NCBI GenBank assembly: GCA_951406725.2
Contig: OX597836.1
Coordinates: forward strand, 25,110,001 to 25,174,000
Direction: 5' to 3'
DNA from: Octopus vulgaris
Lineage: Eukaryota
Length of the DNA stretch: 64,000 nucleotides
Position 1 is the stretch's first letter, and the number at the start of each line of letters is the position of its first letter. Positions 37,368 through 50,362 of this stretch are shown in pieces. Below the pieces are notes generated by a model. The model had not been told where the DNA came from and did no database searches. It saw only the letters and a program-made list of their open reading frames with translations. Position numbers and translations under genes: made by a program.

Positions 37368-39154
37368 ATATATACATATATATACATATATATTCTTGGT
37401 CTGGGAATGAACTCACAAACGTTTGTTTCATATATAATTCTAATGTTCTTATCCACCAGACTATTAAGGAATCAGCTCTGTCGGCACTAATTATGGAAAA
37501 CTCAGTAAATCCATTTCCCAGTCACAGAGTTCCAGGGTCAATCCTACTTTGTGACACCCGAGACAAGACAGGTGTCGTCTGTCATTGCTACCAAGTTGAC
37601 TGATGACAAGGAAATGAAAATTTGGTTGACGGAAACTGTGTGGAAGCTTGCTAGATGCGTGTGGGTATATGCGTGTGTGTGTGGATGACAATATTTGTGG
37701 TATTTCAATCAACCACCACTGTCATCATCATCATCATCTTCTTCATCATTCCATTTCATATTTGACCTCTCTGATCCATTTCCTTGTAGCCCCCTTAGCC
37801 GATCCCTTAGTCAACCCAAGTCTCTCGATCCCTGCATTAGTAATAACCAGACTTAGAGGTTAGTCAGCAGCCCCTCTCAACAACCCACATTTTCACTCAC
37901 CTACATCAGACCTTTCTTTCCTTCCGAGATGTGCCTCCTTTAGCTGCAGTATTTGTTGTCTTCCTCTGAATGTAGTTAACCCCAAATTCTATCCTGCACT
38001 TGCAGCCTGTTATGTCCACCCCAATAAACCCTTTATTTGTTTTGCAGCCCACTTTAATTTTGCCATGGGTGAGGCTTAGTCTCAAACCAATCCTGATTAA
38101 ACTGGCTTTTGATCAAATGCTTTCCAATTGTGACCACCCTGTCTTATGATTCACACACACTATATATACGTTTATACTAGTGAATATGTCCTTTATCTTT
38201 TTTTTAAGGTATTAAGGTGAGATTTGAAGGAGATTTAACTGTTGAATTTAACAAGTCAATCTTTAATGTAGAGGTTCACTGGTTAATTCTTAATATTGTT
38301 TGAGCAACACAAAAAAAAAATCTCTCCTTCTCTTTCCCCCATTCTGTCTGTCTGTCTTTCTCTCTCTCTCTGTTTCTCCGTTCTTCTCTCTCCCTGTCCT
38401 CTGTCTTTCTGTCTCTTTTCTCCCCATCTCGCCTCCCTTTTTGTTTCTCCCTCCTCTCTCCCCACTCCTCACTACCGCTTTATCTAATTGCCTGTTTGTG
38501 TGTGTTTGTGTGTCTCTCTCTCTCCCCTCTTTGTCCTCTCTCCATCCACCCTCTCCCCCCACCAGTATTTGATTTCTTCCTGTTCCTAATAAACAATCCA
38601 CCTCCAACAATATAAATGTGCTGAGGTCATCTTTATTGATCGTCTACCCTTTCTCCACCATTGTTGATGTTTCGACCTACAGGCGTTTATAGTAAAGTCT
38701 TTGTTTAAAAAAAAAAACCCTACAAGGTCTCACAAAAATTAAGACCCTATACATCACTCAATTATTTTATCTCCCACTTCTGCTTTTTTTTTTTCACTTT
38801 TTGCGCGGCCCTTAACGGTAGATGAACTCCGCTACTCAAAATTTGTTCGGTTTTGTTGCCTGATCAAAAAAAAAAAAAAAAAAAATACAAGATCAATTTC
38901 GTTTCTTACACAGACATAAGACCCGAGATTTTTTTTAAGGAGAAAGTCAATGTAATTTTTGATCGTTTATGCCCTTCTCATGGCATAAATTAACAACAAA
39001 AGCCACCCTAAGTGTTTCTGGAAGAACACCGTTTAATATATCTGAAGGTTTCGTTAGGTTCTGAGTTCAAATTCCACCGAGGTCAACTTTGCCTTTCATC
39101 CTCTCGAGGTCGATAAATAAAGTACCAGTTTCGCCCTGGGTCGATGTAATCGAC

Positions 39155-39157
<3 letters not shown>

Positions 39158-39198
<41 letters not shown>

Positions 39199-39343
39199 TG
39201 TGTACAGTGCTCAGGTGCACTACAACTCATCTAAAGTGTATATATAATCAGGTGTAGTTTCGGCGGATTTCGGAAAGCATGAGGGCCTTAAAGGATGCAG
39301 TGTCATGGCAGTCAACAACTGACGCAGGCAGTTTATTCCATGC
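39158..39343 (-). mobile_element. Very short CR1-like 3' end with (ATT)n tail, nested inside a SINE
   Basis: Minus strand encodes AWNKLPASVVDCHDTASFKALMLSEIRRNYT-stop. It interrupts the SINE at cgacttaat|ccctttgtctgtcc. Confidence 0.7.
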
Positions 39344-39478
39344 CCCTTTGTCTGTCCTTGTTTGTCCCCTTTATGTTTAGCCCCTCGTGGGTAGTAAAGA
39401 AATATATATCTGGTGAAGGTTAAAGGGAAATAACCGTGGAAATCACGACTTCACGTTCCTTCATTTCAACGGATTCTA

Positions 39479-39517
<39 letters not shown>

Positions 39518-40145
39518 CCTTTTTCTTTCTGGTTAATTTACATGCCTCACTCTTTCCTTCATATCTTCCTCTCTTTCTCAAATACTGTCTCTTCCTTTGT
39601 TTTTCTGATATTCCCGCTCTCTTTCTTTGTCTCCGTCTCCCACCTCCCAGTCTCCCTTTACCAAACACAATATGGAATTGTTAATCCGTATCATCTACCC
39701 ATCACATCGACACCCCAACCCTCAACAATTGCTATCATTGTGCTTTATGTTAATAGATCATACATCCACCCCGACCTAACTGAAATCCATTACAAACCGA
39801 CACACTACAACACAGTTACTTCCCTTCCATTTGCTCGCTTTCTGTGTCTCTTCAACAACCAATTTTTGATTAGCATCAAACGAAAAACGCAACAAACAAC
39901 TATAAACAAATATAAATAAATATTAAAAAGCTGTCTTTGTTTGAGAAGACAACTTTTTTTTATTATCAATGTAGCTATTCTCTGAGTATGACCCTAAGGG
40001 TGTTTTTTTTCCCTTTTTTTTTTCTTTTCAATTTTATATATTTGGGAACAATATTACTGTTGTTAGATATTTCAGATCTGAAAAACGGTTTAGTAAACAA
40101 GTTCCGAAACATTTTTTGTCATAGAACCAGAACCTTTATACCATT

Positions 40146-40419
40146 GGATCTTTTCCTTTTGAACGGCAGTTTTCAACACAATTTCTAGTTAACTATGTCT
40201 CAGTTTTAGACGCAGCAAATGATTTTAGTTCAGTAGAGGCCATTGATTGGTTGAAATTCGAAAAATTAAACTACGTTAAACTTACAAATTACAATTTTCT
40301 CAAGAAAGCCAAGAGAATAAAATGTTTTATTTTGACACATTCTACCAGTATACGAAGTTTAAAAGTGTTTAGTTAACTAGAAATTGTGTTGAAAACTGCC
40401 GTTCAAAAGGAAAAGATCT
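40146..40419. mobile_element. MITE with about 50-bp TIRs and an 8-bp TSD (GG-ended; Merlin- or MULE-like, class uncertain)
   Basis: GATCTTTTCCTTTTGAACGGCAGTTTTCAACACAATTTCTAGTTAACTA and its exact reverse complement at the other end. ATACCATT is duplicated at 40138-40145 and 40420-40427. Confidence 0.85.
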
Positions 40420-40979
40420 ATACCATTTTCCATAAAGCATAAAATTCCTCCTCTATATGTTACTGACAATTCCTGCTACTTTTTATTCTAATAAAACATC
40501 AAATATTTTGTTTTGGTATGAGGAGCAGAATGGAGAATCTTTAAAAGCTAGCTTAGATAGACTTGGTAGTTATAAGTGCTAGATAGATGTCTGTCATTGT
40601 TGAGAGACATTAATTTCTGGAATGACACAAAACAAAGCGTTAATGTTTATTTTACAAGGAAGCATCTGGGTCACAATGTATGACATGATGTCGACTGCTG
40701 GTTCCTTGTTTTAATTGAAATCTTAACCTTTTTGAACCCTTGGGGTTATGGAGTTAAAGGCTATCGATAGGCCGCCGATGCTCCCAGTCCTCTTCACCCC
40801 CAACTCTGTGTACTGACAGTTAGAGCCAGGTGAGCCTGGGGTTTACGTCAGGTGGGGTGGTTACATGCTGAAGTAGAGACTGAGACTTCTACCCAAAACC
40901 TGAAAATATTGGTGTTACACCAACGAATAATAGAAACACCCATCAGTATAACTGTCATCTTTTTTATTAAACACACATA

Positions 40980-41084
40980 CCTGTCTGTCTGTCTGTCTGC
41001 CTGTCTCTCTGTCTAGCTATGTATCTACCTACCTGTCTGTCTGTTTGTTTATCTGTCTGTCTATCTACCTGTCTGCCTATTCAC

Positions 41085-41115
<31 letters not shown>

Positions 41116-41405
41116 TCTATCTACCTGTCTGACTGTCTATCTATCTATCTACCTGTCTGTCTGTCTATCCTCTCTGTCTGTCTATCTATTTATCTACCTG
41201 TCTGTCTGTTTATCTGTCTATCTGCCAATCTGTCTGTCTATCTGCCTATCTCTGTCTGTCTGTCTATCTGTCTGTCTATCTGTCTGTCTATCTGTCTGTC
41301 TATCTGTCTGCCTATCTGTCTGTCTATCTGTCTGTCTATCTGTCTGCCTATCTATCTATCTGTCTGCCTGTCTGTCCATCCGTCCATCCATTCATCCATC
41401 CATCC
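40980..41405. repeat. (TCTG/TCTA)n compound tetranucleotide microsatellite
   Basis: Direct reading. Confidence 0.95.
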
Positions 41406-41731
41406 AGTTGTTAAAAAAACATTAGAAACTTTGAGAGAACATGAAATAATTCATTTTGGGAACAGTGGGTCTTCAAGCAGATAAAGCTATAAATAACAGC
41501 AAATATTGGGTTAAAAAAAAAAAAACATTTGTTAAATGCTGCCCATGGGACATGCACTAACATTCTTCTGTAAATGTAAATTCTTAGTGGCAACAACCTA
41601 CAATTCTTTGTGGTAAGAATAAAGTTTCTAAAATGGGAAGAGAAATTCAAAGGATTCTATATATTCAGTCACTACTTTAAGTATGGTACTCAGATTGCTA
41701 TTTTGAACTAATACTGCTGCTGTTGCTCATA

Positions 41732-41732
<1 letters not shown>

Positions 41733-41771
<39 letters not shown>

Positions 41772-41945
41772 ATGTATGTATATATGTGTGTATGTATATA
41801 TGTGTGTGTATGTATGTATATATGTGTGTATGTATATATGTGTGTGTATGTATGTATATATGTGTGTATGTATATATGTGTGTGTATGTATGTATGTATA
41901 TATGTATGTATATATATCCATGTATATATATATGTATATGTATGT
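41733..41945. repeat. (TA)/(TG) compound microsatellite
   Basis: Direct reading. Confidence 0.9.
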
Positions 41946-42177
41946 TTCGTCAAGCCAGGTGAAAGTGTAGCTGTGGCCAATGCCAATGGCACATAAAGAG
42001 CACCCATTACACTCTTGGAATGGTTGGCATTAGGAAAGGTATCCAGTAGCAGAAACCATGCCAAATCAGATTGGAACCTGGTGCAGCTCTCCAGCTTGCC
42101 AATTTCACTCAAGCCATCTAACCCATGCCGGCATCGAAAGCAGACGTTAAACAGTGATGATGATACATATATATATT

Positions 42178-42394
42178 CTTCTATTCTTTTACTTGTTTCA
42201 GTCATTTGACTGTGGCCATGCTGGAGCACTGCCTTTAAGTCGAACAAATTGACCCCAGGACTTATTCTTTGTCAGACCAGTATTTATTCTATTGGTCTTT
42301 TTTGCTGAACTGCTGAGTTACGGGGTTGTAAACACACCAACATTGGTTGTCAAAGTGATAGTAGGGGTGGGGGTCCAAACACAAACACACAAAT

Positions 42395-42436
<42 letters not shown>

Positions 42437-42605
42437 GTATACTCACATGACGGGCTTCTTTCAGTTTCCATCTATCAAATCCATTCACAAGGCTTTGGTC
42501 GGCTCGAGGCTATAGCAGAAGACTCTTACCCAAGGTGCCACGCAGTGGGACTGAACTCAGAACCATGTAGTCACGAAGCAAGCTTCTTCCCACACAGCCA
42601 CCCCT
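42178..42605 (-). mobile_element. SINE family A copy
   Basis: Reverse-complement match, about 200 bp upstream of the KVKF exon. Confidence 0.8.
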
Positions 42606-42608
42606 GTA

Positions 42609-42654
<46 letters not shown>

Positions 42655-42810
42655 CAGACGCGCACACACACATCATAATAAAATCATTAAAAAGAAGGGA
42701 AACAAAGAAACAAAGGAGAAAGGTTGGTGTGTACATAAAAGAATGAAGTCTGTTTGTGTGATTTTTGTTGCTCGATTTAACTGTGTTTCCTTTTTCGTGT
42801 GCATTTGCAG

Positions 42811-42929
42811 GAGGTTCACAGCATGACAGCCAAGAGGATTACGAGTATGACTTAATGGAAGGTCTCAGTTCTGATGAGGAGGAAAATATCAAAATATCGA
42901 AAGTCAAGTTTAGTCGTGAACCGATCAAA
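42811..42929 (+). CDS. PPP1R9A: Neurabin/spinophilin exon with the RVxF-type PP1 docking motif KVKF, (G)GSQHDSQEDYEYDLMEGLSSDEEENIKISKVKFSREPIK
   Basis: Acceptor gcatttgcag and donor AAA|gtaagt; phase 1 to phase 0, joining in frame to the 50230 exon. The acidic GLS-EE stretch then KVKFS..PIK parallels vertebrate GLxEEE...KIKFS.APIKVF. Confidence 0.92.
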
Positions 42930-43142
42930 GTAAGTCAACGGCAGCTTTGCTTTCTAACAGAATTGGTAGAGCATCAAACTAAATGACCTGTGCTTTTTAT
43001 TCATGTTGTCTGTTCCTTCTGTCTTTCTTGATTGGATAAAATATATACCAGTCATATACTGGTATCAATGTAATATGCTGTGCCAATTTGAGTGACAAAC
43101 CAACAGAATGGGTGGAGCAATCACAGTTGCCACATTTACTTA

Positions 43143-43563
43143 TCTCAAGCATTTGTCTTATGAAGAAAGGCTGAAGACGCTCGACCTTTATTCTCTACAA
43201 AAATGACGACACCGTGGTGATCTCATTCTTGCTCACAACATCATAAGCAGAAAGTGTAACCTCTCGAAAGAGCTGTTCTTCACTCCTGCTCCAGAGTGTC
43301 GGCTGCGGGGTCACTCCGAAAAGCTCTATCTGTGACGATTTCATCTCAATCAAAGGAGAGGGGCTTTCTCCGTCCAGGTTGCGGATCCGTGGAATAAGCT
43401 GCTGGACAAGATAGTGAAGATGCCGATGACCGCTCAGTTCAAAGTCTCTCTTGACCAGAAATGGCCTGAACTCTTTGCATGAACACCCTCCCTGTACATA
43501 ACTCCATGTCCCCCTACATGGCCTTGCTTTTTGAGCCAAAAAATTAACTTAACTTAACTTAAC
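43143..43563 (+). mobile_element. Second, more decayed CR1 3' fragment of the same family
   Basis: Near-colinear with the reverse complement of about 36790-37200 (tcttatgaagaaaggctga...cctgaactcttt...ccctgtac...ggccttgct). In-frame stops; (TTAAC)n tail. Confidence 0.88.
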
Positions 43564-44924
43564 GTGAGAAACTTAACACAAATTGACAATTGGGGTTAAT
43601 ATGGTTGAATAGGTTGTATTATATGAAAACTATAAAAAATTAAGGGGAGGGGGATAAAATATATTACTGATTTGTAAATATAAAATGTAATGAAAGGGTT
43701 AAAAATTCTGAGTAAAAAATAAGTTTTTGCAAATTTTTTAACTGAAGTTTTAAAAGTTATGATTTTCTTTTTACCCTCTACACTAAACAGTTTAATCTCT
43801 GTTTTTCTTTCTATCTAGACTGGAAAAACAGTGACGATATCTTTTATAATAACTGATTTTATTCCCCATATTTTTAATATATTTTTTTCTTCCAGTTTTT
43901 TAATAAATTTGTTCAAATTCTTTAATCCTTTTAAATTTCACCATTGATAAATTGGATTACCTCCCTTAGATTCATTTTGTGTTTTACAATGGAGAACAGA
44001 CTAGGGTCCCGTGTCTATGAGGAAGTATTCTTATCATTATTGTTAATAAGGCTGCCAGTGAGCAGAATCATTAAAGTGTCAGACCAAATACTTTGTGGTA
44101 TTTCTTCCAGCTCTTTAGGAGAACTCTTCTGAATTCTAATACCACTGACGTCAACTTTGCCTTATGCCGGGCGAAATGCGTAGCCGTATTTCGTCTGCCG
44201 TTACGTTTTGAGTTCAAATTCCGCCGAGGTCGACTTTGCTTTTCATCCTTTCGGGGTCGATTAAATAAGTATTAGTCACGCACTGGGGTCGATATAATCA
44301 ACTTAATCCGTTTGTCTGTCCTTGTTTGTCCTCTCTGTGTTTAGCCCCTTGTGGGTAGTAAAGAAATAGATTAAGTACCAGTCAATTACTAACCCTGACC
44401 TTCCCTAAAATTGCTGGCTTTGTGCCAAAATTAGAAAGAATTATTGTTATTGTTAATTAAGCGGGGGGTTAGTACAATAGTAGAGCTAAACTAAATACTA
44501 ACAAGTATTTAGTTACGTTCTTTAAATACTGCACTGGGAGACACTGCACCAATATGTGCAAAGGAAGAGCAGCTGCCATGGTTTGTCCAATTTCTGTCTT
44601 GTTGCCATCACCAGAATGGTTAATAATGTGGCACTGGGTTCCCTTCCCATAGTGGATGGTCATGGCTAGAATGTCTTTGAGTATATGTTTGTCTGTTCAG
44701 GTTTGACCTGGGGTTAAACAATGAGCTGCATCAATGAAGGGAACCATGTAGCTACTTGATTTGCTGGAAATAGCAGCCAAATCTCATTCAGATCATACAC
44801 TGCCATTGTAAATGGGCAAGAAACATTAGATACTGTAATAAATACAGAATTTATCTGATCCAGGTTTGGTGTGTGTCAACACAGTAAATATATATCCCAA
44901 GTAATATTAGTGCAGTATACATAC

Positions 44925-45330
44925 GCAGGAGTGGCTGTGTGGTAAGTAGCTTGCTAATCAACCACATGGTTCCGGGTTCAGTCCCACTGCGTGGCATCTT
45001 GGGCAAGTGTCTTCTGCTATAGCCCCAGGCCGACCAATGCCTTGTGAGTGGATTTGGTAGACGGAAACTGAAAGAAGTCTGTCGTATATATATATATATG
45101 TATGTGTGTGTGTTTGTGTGTCTGTGTTTGTCCCCCTAGCATTGCTTAACAACCGATGCTGGTGTGTTTACGTCCCCGTCACTTAGCGGTTTGGCAAAAG
45201 AGACCGATAGAATAAGTACTGGGCTTACAAAAGAATAAGTCCTGGGGTCGAGTTGCTCGATTAAAGGCGGTGCTCCAGCATGGCCGCAGTCAAATGACTG
45301 AAACAAGTAAAAGAGTAAAAGAGTAAGAGT
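44925..45330 (+). mobile_element. SINE family A copy (young subfamily)
   Basis: Full length and CpG-retaining. Confidence 0.88.
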
Positions 45331-45664
45331 ATACCACCATCATCATTTGACATCCGTGTTCCATGCTAGCATGGGTGTGACAGTACCACAAGGGCTGGCC
45401 AGGCTGAAGCCTGCACTAGACTTCTGTGACTATTTTGGCTGGATTTTTACAGCTGGATGCCCTTCCTAACACCAACCATTTTACACATCCAAAGTGTAAA
45501 ATTCACCTCTTCAGGTGATTGTTTAAATAAGTTCTTCAGAAGGTTTTTGCTGTTATTTCACTCAGTCTGAGAATGTATACTTCTTTTACTTGTTCCAGTC
45601 ATTAGACTGTGGCCATGCTGGGGCATCACCTTGAAAAATTTTTAGTTGGACGAATCAGCACCAC

Positions 45665-46077
45665 TACTCTTTTACTCTTTTTACTCTGTTACTTGTTTCA
45701 GTCATTTTGACTGTGGCCATGCTGGAGCACCGCCTTTAGTCGAGCAAATCGACCCCGGGACTTATTCTTTGTAAGCCCAGTACTTATTCTATCAGTCTCT
45801 TTTGCCGAACCGCTAAGTGACGGGGACGTAAACACACCAGCATCGGTTGTCAAGCAATGCTAGAGGGACAAACACAGACACACAAACATATACATACACA
45901 TACATATACATATATACGACAGGCTTCTTTCAGTTTCCGTCTACCAAATCCACTCACAAGGCTTTGGTCGGCCCGAAGCTATAGCAGAAGACACTTGCCC
46001 AAGATGCCACGCAGTGGGACTGAACCCGGAACCATGTGGTTGGTTAGCAAGCTACTTACCACACAGCCACTCCTGCT
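45665..46077 (-). mobile_element. SINE family A copy (young subfamily), inverted relative to the 44925 copy
   Basis: Full length; shares diagnostic positions with the 44925 copy. Confidence 0.88.
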
Positions 46078-49000
46078 ACTTATTCTGTTGGGTTCGTTTT
46101 ACTGAACTGCTAAGTTACAAGGACAGAAACAAACCAACACCCATTGTCAAGTGGTGGTGGGTGACAACACGCTATTTACATTTGGATTTCAAATTTTGCC
46201 CAGAGATCAGCTTGGTGTTGCTCCCCCTCTAGGGGTCAAAAGGAAACTATCAATCAAGTACTGATGTCTGTTTAACATTCTTATAAAACATCCAGGATGT
46301 GAATAGAGATGAAAGAGGAGAGAAGTGTTGACTCACAATGACTACCACTAATCTTTGTCATCACCATCATCATCATCACCATCATCATCATCACCATCAT
46401 CACCATCATCATCATCACTATCACTGCTGCTGCTGCTGCTGTCTCGCCATCTCCACCCTCACAGCTGCTACTGTTTTTGTCACCCCTGTTCCAGCTGCTG
46501 ATGGCCTTATGATCTCTAGCTCCCACCTCACCTCTTCTCCCTGGGGGAAATTAGGTTACAACCATGTCTACTACATCTCTGGTGATAGTGTTTTCTGTGA
46601 GAGGTTGGTGGTGGTGGGGGGAGAAGAGGAGGAGGAGGAGGAAGTCTAGAGACACAGAAGCAGGTTTGTCTGTCTGCATTGGCAGTTCGACTGTCTGTCT
46701 GTCTGTCTGTCTGCTTCTATCAGTTGCTATGCTTACATGTGTGTGTGGTGTCTGTCTATTTATCTATGTACACACACACACACACACACGTTTATGTATT
46801 TGTATGTATGTATATCTGTAAAAGTATTTGTGTGTGTTTAGATTCTTACTCTTTTACTTGTTTCAGTCATTTGACTGTGGCCATGCTGGAGCACCGCCTT
46901 TAGTTGATCAAATCTACCCCAGGACTTATTCTTTGGAAGCCTAGTACTTATTCTATCGGACTCATTTGCCGATCCACTAAGTTACGGGGACATATACACA
47001 CCAACATCGGTTGTCAAGCGATGTTTGGGGGGACAAACATACACACAAACACACACACACACACACACACACATACACACACATATATATACATATATAT
47101 TTCTTTATTGCCCACAAGGGGCTAAACATAGAGGGGACAAACAAGGACAGACGAAGGGATTGAGTAGATTATATTGCCTCCAGTGCGAAACTGGTACTTT
47201 ATTGATCGACCCCGAAAGGATGAAAGGCAAAGTTGACCTCGGCAGAATTTGAATTCAGAACGTAACGACAGACGAAATACCGCTAAGCATTTCACCCAGC
47301 ACGCTAACGTGTCTGCCAGCTCGCCGCCTTATATATACATCTGCCTATATATATATACATATATACAATGAGCTTCTTTTAGTTTCCATCTGCCAAATCC
47401 ACTCACAGAGCTCCTTATCTGCATGCTATATGAATGACCATTTCCATGATGCTAGTAGGGCCTGGCCTTCTTTCCTCCTTAATAAAATTTCAGTGAAGGA
47501 CTTTCAGTTACTGGTTTTGCTCCTTTGTCTGGAATTCCTTCTCCAGATTTTCTAAAAATTCTGTTATAAGAACTTGGTCATCAGCACATAGGGGTTCCAA
47601 TGGGCAGCTAATTTAAAATTCTTTTGAGTGGGGAGGCATTGAACTGAGACCCAATGACCCCTACCTGAACACTAAATTCATCACTGAACTCATTGCTGGC
47701 TCTTACCCTTCTGACTGCACATCTGTACATGGTATGAGGACCCTTATAAACTATTCTGTTTCATTATTACCCACAAGGGGCTAAACATAGATGGTGTCTG
47801 GCTGCTCTTCAATTTCGTTGATATTTTTTCCTGCTGTTCCATTTCTTCTTCCACTCTTTCCAAAGCCTACCTCATTTATGGTTCCATCACTTACAAACAA
47901 GGACAGAAAAAATGGACTAAGTCGATTACATCGACCCCAGTGTGTAGCTGGTACTTAATTTATCGACCCCGAAAGGATGAAAGGCAAAGTCGACCTCGGC
48001 GGAATTTGAACTCAGAACGTAACGCCAGACGAAATACGGCTACGCATTTCGCCCGGCGTGCTAACGTTTCTGCCAGCTCGCCGCCTTATATATATAAACT
48101 ATTCACCTCCTAGCTTCTTTAGTAACCACCTGATTCCAGAGTGAGAGACTCGAGATTCTATTAAAGGCCTTGATGAATGCTAAATATAGGGGGTTTACTC
48201 TTAAGTATTTCTCTTGTAATTGTCTCATTAGGAAGATGATGTTGGTGATCACTTATTTGCTTGAAAGCAAATTGCTTCTCATCCAAGCTATTCTTGTTCC
48301 TAATAAATTTTTTTTTTTTGGCAGTGATGGTGGGGGCAGCCCCCTTCCTTCCCATGTATTCTTTGCATCCAGCAACCTTTCATCTAGCACTTCCATTCCT
48401 CATTTTCTGTTTTCAGTGTCATTAAGAACAAACAAACTGTTCCTATCAATGTGTATGCGTTTCTCCTTCAAGACGTCTTCATCCTGTCTGCCTAACAATG
48501 CAGAACCCCTCTTACCCCCTTCCTCATCCTCACATCACAGAGCATCTGTAAATCTCTTTCTTTTTGCTTCTCCCCTAGCCAAGGACACCTGATGGTGTCT
48601 GGCTGCTCTTCAATTTCGTTGATATTTTTTCCTGCTGTTCCATTTCTTCTTCCACTCTTTCCAAAGCCTACCTCATTTATGGTTCCATCACCTACAACAC
48701 TATTCCTCCATTATGTAACCTTTTGTCTGGCCGAGTCCTTACACAAGCTATTAGATCTGGTTTGTGTAGTCCTCAGCTGCTTGTCTCTTAGAAACTCTCA
48801 GCTTTCTGCTTTTATAAATCTCCATTTTCTCCACCCTTTCGTTAAATCAATCTCTCTTTCTCAACGGTTTCTGTATTTTATCAATCTGAAAATGATGAAA
48901 GACATTGACATTGGTGGAATTTGAACTCAGAACATAGACGGCTGAAAGAAAGGCCACTAAACATTTTGTCTGACATGGTAAACATTCCATCAGCTCATCG

Positions 49001-49764
49001 TAATAATAACCAGCATTAATAACGCTTGCCCTCCTCCCTATAACTAAGTGCAGTCTAGTGAGGAAAGTATTTGACCTTTACTCAGGAACGGTGACCTTTC
49101 CCATAACAATTTGGTTCCTGTTTCAACTTCTGCTGAAGGAAGGGGATTGTAGTCTAAACTTATGTGTCTCCCATTGCAATCCTCATTAATTGTCCTGAGC
49201 TGGATTTGAACTTGGAACTTCTACACTCTAGGTGCGGAAGTGACTGTGTGGATAGGCACAGGCATGGATGTGTGGTAAGAAGCTTGCTTCCCAGCCACAT
49301 AGTTCTAGGTTCAGTCCCAAGCGATGGTGGTTGTGTGGGGACAGACACAGACACACAACCATACACTCACACATACACATATATATATGCAACGGGCTTC
49401 TGTCAGTTTCCGTCTACCAAATCCACTCTTAAGGCTTTGGGTTGGTCGGCCTGAGGCTATAGTAGAAGACATCTGCCCAAGGTGCCATGCAGTGGAACTG
49501 AACCTGGTACCAGATGGTTGGGAAGCAAGCTACTTACCACACAATATAATTTCTAACATTGCTACAAGGGTGACAAATAATAAAAATAATGGTTTCAAAT
49601 TCTGGTGCAAGACCAGAAATCTAAGGGTAGGGGACAGGTCGATTACATTAACCCCTTACTTATTTTATCGACCCTGAAAGGATGAAAGGCAAAATTGACC
49701 TCAGTGGAATTTGAATAAAATGGACGAAATGCTTCTAAGCATTTTGCCCAGTGTGCTAATGTTC

Positions 49765-49797
<33 letters not shown>

Positions 49798-50229
49798 GGT
49801 TTCTGATTTAGGTAGAAGGCTAGTAATTTTGAAGGGAAGGGATGGTTAATATCAACCCCAGAATTTGACTTGTGCCTTAGTTTATCAACCTCAGAGAAAT
49901 AAAAGGCAAATAATAATAATAAAATTTGTTATAAATTTTGGCACGAGGCCAGCAGTTTTTGGAAGGAGTTTGGGTGGGATACATTGAGTCCAGTGATTGA
50001 CAGGAACTTGGTTTTATTGATCCTGAAAGGATGAAGGGTAAAGTTGACCTCTGTTGGATTTCATTTCAGAATGTAAGGATCTTGAGGAAATGCCATAAAT
50101 TATTGTGTCAGATGCAGTTTTGATTCTACCAATGTTGACAAAATAAATTGAATAGAAACGGTTTCCAAATGCATCCAGCTTTGATAATTTTGTTTGTTTA
50201 TTGCTGTTTTCTTTGTTGTTTGTTGTCAG

Positions 50230-50362
50230 GTGTTTTCAACATGGGCTACATTTGAATATGACCGACGCAATGAAGATGTTGATCCTGTGGCAGCTTCAGC
50301 TGAATATGAGCTGGAAAAAAGAGTCGATCGAATGAATGTATTTCCTGTGGAATTACAGAAAG
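50230..50362 (+). CDS. PPP1R9A: Neurabin/spinophilin exon: PP1-binding domain C-part and PDZ start, [44 protein letters not shown](G)
   Basis: Acceptor ttgtttgttgtcag and donor AAG|gtaac; phase 0 to phase 1. [23 protein letters not shown] is the hallmark neurabin/spinophilin motif. Confidence 0.96.
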
